NCBI RefSeq assembly: GCF_009914755.1
Contig: NC_060940.1
Length of the DNA: 64,000 nt
Origin: the human T2T-CHM13v2.0 reference genome, Homo sapiens
Reading direction: 5' to 3' (one strand)
In this document: in pieces, positions 56,701-64,000 of the stretch
Layout of the letters: every line of letters starts with the position of its first letter
Numbering within the stretch: position 1 is the first letter of the stretch
Notes under the pieces: model-generated
The model's database searches: none
The model's input: only the letters and a program-made list of their open reading frames with translations
Told to the model about the DNA's origin: nothing
Program-made: the position numbers and the translations under genes

Positions 56701-59700
56701 CGACTCCATTCGATGATGATTCCTTTCGATTCCATTTGACGATGTTTCCATTTGAGTCCATTCGATGATGATTCCATTGGTATCCATTCGACGATGATTC
56801 CATATGAGTCAATTCGATGATGATTCCATACGAGTCCGTTGGATGATAATTCCATTTGATTTCATTCAATCCTTCTATTCGATTCCATTTGATGATGATT
56901 CCATCTGAATCCATTCTCCGATTCCATTCGATTTCATTCGATGCTTCTATTTGATTTCATTCGAAGATGATTCCTTTCAATTCCATTCATTAATTCCATT
57001 TGATTCCATTCGATGATGATTCCATCCGATTCCATTGGATGATGATTCCATTCGAGTCCATTCGATGATTCCGTTCTAATCCATTCTATGATTCCATTCG
57101 AGTCCATTCGATGATTCCATTCGATTCCATTCAGTGATGATTCCATTTGATTCCATCTGATGATGATTTCATTTGATTCCATTCGATGATGATTCCATTG
57201 GAGTCCATTGAATGATTCAATTCAATTCCATTCCATGTGGATTCCATTCGAATTCATTCGATTATTCCATTCAAATCCCTTCGTTGATTCCATCTGATTC
57301 CACTTGACGATGATTCCATTCAAGTCCAATCGATGATTCCATTCGGTTCCATTCAATGATTCCATTCGAGTCCATTTATGTATTATATTCGTGTCCACTT
57401 GATGACTCACTCCATTCAATTCCATTTAATGATGATTCCATTTGATTCCATTTGATGATTCAGTTCGATTCCTTACAATGATTCCCTACGATTCATTTCT
57501 ATGATGATTCCATTCGATTCCATTCATTGATGATTCCATTCGACTCCATTCGATGATGATTCCTTTCGATTCCATTTGACGATGTTTCCATTTGAGTCCA
57601 TTCGATGATGATTCAATTCAGTTCTGTTCTATTGTGAATCCATTCGATTTCATTCAATGCTTCTATTTGATTCCATTCGACGATGATTCCATCTCTTTCC
57701 CTTCGATGATTCCATTTGATTCCATTCAGTGATGATTCCATTTGATTCCATCTGATGATGATTTCACTTGATTCATTTCAATGATGATTCCATTCAAGTC
57801 CATTCGATGATTCCATTGGAGTCCAAACGATCATTCCATTCGATTCCATTCAATGATGATTCCATTCATGTCCATTCAATGATTCCTTTCAATTCCATTC
57901 GATGATGACTCCATTCGAGTACATTCGATGATTCCATTTGATTCCATTTGATGATGATTACATTCAATTCCATTCGAAGATGATTCCATTCAATTCCACT
58001 TGATGATGATTCCGTATGAATCCATTCGCTGATTATTCCATTCGATTCCATTCATTGACGATTCCATTCGATTCCATTCAATGATGATTCTCTTCTATTG
58101 CATTCGATGATTCCGTTCGATTCCATTCGATGATGATTCCATTAGATTCCATTCGATTGTTGCATTCGATTCCCTTCGATGATGATTCCTTTGAATTCCA
58201 TTCGATTATGATTCCGTATGAATCCATTTGATGATTATTCCATTGGATTCCTTTCGATGATGATTCCATTCGATTCCATTTGATGATGTTTCTCATGTAT
58301 TCCATTTGATAATTCCTTTCAATTCCCTTCGATGATGATTCTTTCGAGTCAATTCGATGATTCTATTCCATTCCCTTCGATGATGATTCCATTTCACTCC
58401 ATTCGATGATTCCATTCGATTCAATTTGGTGATGATTCAATTCGATGACATTCGATGACTCCATTCAATTTCATTTGATGATGATTACATTCGAGTCCAT
58501 TTGATGATTGTATTCCTTTCCTTTTGATGATTATTCCATTCGTGTCTATTCAAAGATTCCATTCTATTCCATTCAATGATGATTCCAATTGATTCCATTC
58601 AATGATTATGGCTATCGATTCCACTCGTTGATTCCATTTGATTCCATTCGATGATTATTCCGTTAGATTCCATTAGGAGATTCCATTCGATTTTATTCAA
58701 TGATTCCAATTGATTCCATTCAATGATGATTCCATTCCACTCCGTTCAGTGATTCCATTTGAGTCCATTTGAGGATTCCATTCGAGTCCATTTGATGATT
58801 CCATTCTTTTCCATTTGATGATGATTCCATTAGGGTCCATTCAATGATTCCATTCGAGTCCATTCGTTAATGCCTTTCGAGTCCTTTTGATCACTACATT
58901 CGAGTCCATTCAATGATTCTATTCGATTCCATTCCATGATGATTCCATTCGAGTTCATTCGATGATTGCATTCGAGTCCATTTGATGATTCCATATGATT
59001 CCATTCGACAATGATTCCATTCGTGTCCATTTGATGATTCCATTCATTTCCTATCGATGAAGATTCCATTCGAGTGTATTCGATGATTCCATTCAAATCC
59101 ATTCGATGATGATTCCATTCCAGTCCATTCGATCATTCCACTTGATTCCATTTGATGACTATTCCATTCAAATCCATTTGATGATTCCATTCGATTCCAT
59201 TCGATGTTACCATTCCAGTATATACGATGATTCCACTCGATTCCATTTGATGATTATTCCATTGGAGTCGACTTAGTGAATCCTTTAGATTCTACTCGAA
59301 GATGATTCCATTCGAGTCCATTCGATGATACCATTCAATTCCATTCGTTGATGCTTCCATTCAAGTGCATTCGATGATATCATTCGATTCCATTTGATGA
59401 TAATTCCATTTGATTCCATGTGATGATTCTATTCCATTCCATTCAATGATAATTCCATTCAATTCAGTGATTCCTCTGGACTCCATTTGATGATGATTCC
59501 ATTCAATGATTCCATTCGATTCTATTCGAAAATGATTCCATTTGAATCCATTTGATGATGATTCCATTCGATTCCATTTGATGATTCCATTCGATTCCAT
59601 TCGACGATGATTCCATTCGATTCCATTTGATGATTCCATTCTATTCTATTCGATGATGATTCCATTCGATTCCATTCGATGATGATTGGATTCGATTCCA

Positions 59701-62623
59701 TTTGATGATTTCATTTGATTCCATTCGATGATGATTTCGATCAATTCCATTCGATGATTCCATTCGATTCCATTTGATAATGATTACATCCGAGTCCATT
59801 CGATGATTCCATTTGAGCCCGTTCGATAATTCCATTTGAGTCCAATCAATGATTCCATTCATTTCCATTCAATGATTCCATTCGAGTCCATTTGATCATT
59901 CCGGTAGGGTCCGTTCGATGTTGATTCCATTGGAGTGCATTCGATGATTCCATTCGAGTCCATTTTAGGATTTGATTCGAGTCCTTTCGATGATTCCATT
60001 CGATTCCACTCGATGCGATGATGATTTCATTCGAGTCCATTCGACACTTCCAATCGATTCCATTTGATGTTTCCATTCGAGTCCAATTGATGATTCCATT
60101 CAATTCCATTCGATGATGATTCCGTAGGATTCCATTCTGTGATGATTCCATGTGATTGCATTCAATGATGATTCCTTTCGATTGCATTCGATTATGATTC
60201 ATTTCGTGTTCATTCTATGGTTCCACAGGTTTCACATCGTGTCCATTCCATTATTCCATTCTATTCCATTTGATGATGATTCCATTCGATTCCATTCATT
60301 GGTGATTCCACTCAATTCCATTCAATGATTCCATTCCATTTCTTTCAACAATGATTCCATTAGTTTCTAATCGATGATCCACTTGATTCCATTTGACGAT
60401 GATTCCATTCTTGTCCATTCGATGATTCCATTTGATTCCATATGATGATGATTCCATTCGATTCCATATGATGATGATGCCATTCGAGTCCATTCAATGG
60501 TGATTCCATTCAATTCCATTCGGTGATTCCTTTCGATTCCATTTGATGATGATGGCATTTGATTCCTTTCAATCATTCCCTTTGATTCCACTCAAAGTTG
60601 ATTTCATTCAAGTCCATTCGATAATTGCATTCGATTCCATTCTATGATGATTCCATTCGAGTCCATTTGATGATTCCATTCAATTCAAGTCAATGATGTT
60701 TCCATTCGATTCCATTCGATGATTCCATTGGATTCCATTCGATGATGATTCCATTCAAATCCATTCGATAATTCAATTCACGTCCATTCGATGATGATTC
60801 CAATCGAATCCATTCAAAGATTCCATTCAATTCCATTCGATGATTCCCTTAGATTCCATTCGATGATTCCACTTGATTGCATTTACGATGATTCCATTCG
60901 ATTCCATGTGATGATTCCATTCAATTCTATTCAATGATGTTTCCATTTGATTCCATTCGACCATGATTGCCTTTGATTCCATTCAATGATTCCATTCGGT
61001 TCCGTTTGATGATGATTCCGTTCGATTCCATTTGATGATTCCATTTGATTCCATTGGATGAGTCCATTCGATTACATTCGATGATTATTCCATTCGAGTG
61101 CATTAGATGATTCCATTCGAGTCCATTCGATGATTCCATTCGAGTCCATTCGATGTTGATTCTGTTCAAATCCATTCGATGATTCCACTCGATTCCATTC
61201 GATGACTCCATTTGATCCCATTCGATGATTTCCTTTGATTCCCTTTGATGATCATTCCATTTGATTCAATTCGGTGATTTCATTGGATTCCATTCAGTGA
61301 TGTTTCCATTCGACTCCATTCGATGATGATTCCATTCGACTACATTCGATTATGATTTCATTCAATTCCATTCGATAAAGATTCCCTTCGAGTCCAATCG
61401 ATGATTCCATTCGATTCCATACAACGATGATTTGATTCGTGTCCATTCGATGATTCCATTTGATTCCACTTGATGAGGATTCCATTCGACTCCATTTGAT
61501 GATTCCATTCAATTCCATTCTCCGATGATTTCTTTTGAGCCCATTCAATGCTTCCACTCGATTACATATGATGATGACTCCATTCGATGAAACTCGATGA
61601 TGATTCCATTCGCTTGCTTTCGATGATGATTCCACTTGAGTCCGTTAGAAGATTCTATTCAATTACATTCCATGACGATTCTGTTCGAGTCCATTTGATG
61701 ATTCCATTACACTCCATTCGACAATGATTCCATTCAATGTTATTCGATGATTCCATTCGATCTCATTCGATGATGATTCCATTCAACTCCATTCGATGTT
61801 TCCATTCGAGTTCATTCTATTATTCCATTAGATTCCATTCGATGATGATTCCATTCGATTCCATTTGATGATTGCATTCTATTTCATTTGATGATGATTC
61901 CATTCGAGTCCATTCGATGATTCCATTCGAGTCCATTTAATGAATCCATTGGTTTCAATTCTATGATGATTATATTGGATTCCATTCGTTGATGATTTCA
62001 TTCGATTCCATTCAATGATGATTCCATTCAATTCCATTCAATGATTCCATTCAATTCCATACGATGATGATTCCATTTGATTTGATTCAACAGTGAGCCA
62101 TTCGATTCAATTCCATGATGATTCTATTTGATTCACTTGGTTGACATTTCCATTCGGTTCCATTCGATGATGATTCCATTTGATTCCATTCAAAGATGAT
62201 TCCATTCTAGCCCATTCAATCATTCCATTCGATTCTATTCAATGATGATTCCATTCATGTCGATTTGGTGATTCCATTTGACTTCATTTGATGATGATTC
62301 CTTTCAAGTTCATTAGATGATTCCATTCGATTCCATTTGATGATGATCCCATTCGAGTCCATTCAGTGATTCCACTCGTTTCCATTCCATGATGATTCCA
62401 TTCCATTCCATTCAATGATTCCATTCGATTCCGTTTGATGATGATTTCATTCGAGTCCATTTGATGATTCCATTTGATTCCATTCGATGATGATTCCATT
62501 CGAGTCCATTCGATGATTCTATTCGAATCCATTTGATGATTTCTTTTGATTATAGTTGGTGATGATTCCATTGGAGTCCATTCAATGATTCCATTTGATT
62601 CCAATCGATGGTGGTTCCATTAG
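50714..62623 (+). repeat. Higher-order repeat unit 4, shortened variant (11,910 bp)
   Basis: 50939/62849 and 51662/63572 are +11910, which equals 12669 minus 732 (near 52410), minus 4 (near 56570), minus 23 (near 61140). Confidence 0.92.
55931..57613 (+). repeat. Nested tandem duplication (836 + 840 bp) in unit 4
   Basis: TGGTATCC at 55942 and 56778; ORFs 56098/56934 (+836). Confidence 0.92.
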
Positions 62624-64000
62624 AGTCCATTTAATGATTCCATTTGATTCCAGTCTCTGATGTTTACATTCGAGTCCATACGATGATTCCACTCAATTCC
62701 ATATGATGATGATTCCATTCGATTCCATTCGATGATTCCATTCTATTCTATTCAAAGGTGATTCCATTCGAGTACATTAGATGATTCCATTCGATTCCAT
62801 TCAATGATGATTCTATTTGTGTCCCTTAGATGATTCCACATGATTCCATTAGATGATGATACTATTTGAGCCCATCCAATGATTCCCTTCGATTCCATTC
62901 GATGAGGATTCCATTCGATTCAATTCATTGGTGATTCTATTCAATTCAATTCTTTGATTCAATTCCATTCCATTCGACAATGATTCCATTCGATTTCTTT
63001 CGATGATTCCACTCAATTTCACTTGACATTGATTCCATTCGATTCCATTCAATGATTCCATTTGATTCCAGTGGATGATGATTGCCGTCGATTCCATTCG
63101 ATCACTCCATTCTGTTCCATTTGATGATGATTACATTCGATTCCATTTGATGATTCCATCTGATTCTATTCGAGGATTCCATTTGATTCCATTCGATGAT
63201 GATTCCATTCGAGTCCATTCGATGATTTCATTCGAGTACATCCAATGATTCCATTCGAGTCCATTTGATGATTCCATTTCATTCCATTTGATTATGATTC
63301 TACTAGAGTCCATTCAATGACTCCATTCGAGTCCATTCAACAGTTCCATCCGAGTCCATTCGATGATTCCATTCGATTCCATTTGATCATTCCATTCGAG
63401 TACATTTAATCATTACAGTCGAGTCCATTTGGTGATTCCACTGGATTTCTTTTGATAATGATACCATTCAATTACATTTGATGATGATCCCATTCAATTT
63501 CATTTGATGATGATTCCATTAGAGTCCATTCCATGATTTCATTCGAGTCCCTTCATTGATTCCATCCGATTTCATTTCATGATGACTCCATTCGAGTCCA
63601 TTCGATGATTCCACTCGATTCCATTAGATGATTCCATTGGAGTCCATTTGATTGTTCCATTCGATTCCATTCGATTCCTTTCGAAGATTATTCCATTTGA
63701 GTCCATTCGATGATGATTCCATTCCATTCCATTCGATGATTCCGTTTGATTCCATTCGATGATTCCCTGCGATTCCTTTCTATGATGATTCCATTCCATT
63801 CCATTCAATGATTCCATTTGAATCTATTCCATGATGATTCCTTTCGATTCCATTCGCTGATGTTTCCGTTCAATTCCATTCGATGATGATTCCATTCGAT
63901 TCCATTCATTGAGGATTCCATTGGATTCCATTCAATGATGATTCCATTCTATTCCATTCAATGATTGCATTCAATTCCATTCAATGATTATGCCATTAGA
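62624..64000 (+). repeat. Higher-order repeat unit 5 (partial, runs off window)
   Basis: ORFs 62849, 63131, 63572 have the same translations as 50939, 51221, 51662. Confidence 0.92.

Larger units (their letters stand above)
1..64000 (+). repeat. Satellite II (HSat2/HSATII-type) tandem array, CATTC-rich strand on +; 23/26-bp monomer
   Basis: Continuous degenerate ATTCCATTCG-A(T/G)TCCATTCG-ATG(ATG) repeats end to end. Abundant TCGA and GATGATGA motifs distinguish it from the purer (CATTC)n of HSat3. Family assignment is from recognition of the known HSATII consensus; chromosome, subfamily and species cannot be fixed by eye. Confidence 0.96.

Noticed and set aside
214-63817. All minus-strand ORFs (MESSNGIEWNHHR-like, 60-193 aa)
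   Set aside because: They are direct translations of the GAATG-rich satellite strand, overlap in several frames, and are opened or closed by random SNPs between copies. The + strand lacks ORFs because GATGATGA supplies TGA stops. No domain or gene structure is evident.
1-64000. CRISPR-like array of 23-26 bp repeats
   Set aside because: Monomers are contiguous and degenerate with no unique spacers, leader or cas genes.
1-64000. HSat3, DYZ1, alpha satellite or telomeric repeat
   Set aside because: No long pure (CATTC)n runs, no 171-bp monomer, no TTAGGG arrays. The 3.6-kb period resembles DYZ1 in size only; the GATGAT/TCGA-rich monomer is HSat2-type.
1-64000. Embedded transposon, unique island or strand inversion
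   Set aside because: I saw no stretch departing from satellite for more than a few tens of bases, no poly-A tail or target-site duplication, and no switch to GAATG-rich sequence on +.

Overview
The whole 64 kb window is one uninterrupted, single-orientation array of CATTC-derived classical satellite. Its 23/26-bp monomer is ATTCCATT(C/T)G-A(T/G)TCCATTCG-ATG(ATG), which matches human/primate satellite II (HSat2/HSATII, pericentromeric heterochromatin). I see no credible gene, RNA gene, transposon or CRISPR array, and all listed ORFs are minus-strand translations of the repeat. The interest is structural. From ~12.7 kb to the end there is a highly homogeneous ~12.66-kb higher-order repeat (units of 12,660, 12,664, 12,669 and 11,910 bp plus a partial fifth), each containing a nested 836/840-bp tandem duplication and older ~0.7-0.8-kb sub-repeats. 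Positions 1-12.7 kb are a more diverged, scrambled mosaic of pieces of the same unit. Diagnostic SNPs and indels read by eye suggest a recent duplication, a 732-bp deletion and patchy gene conversion. I found no evidence for a new coding or defence system. Offsets come from the ORF track and manual comparison of marker motifs, not from an alignment.
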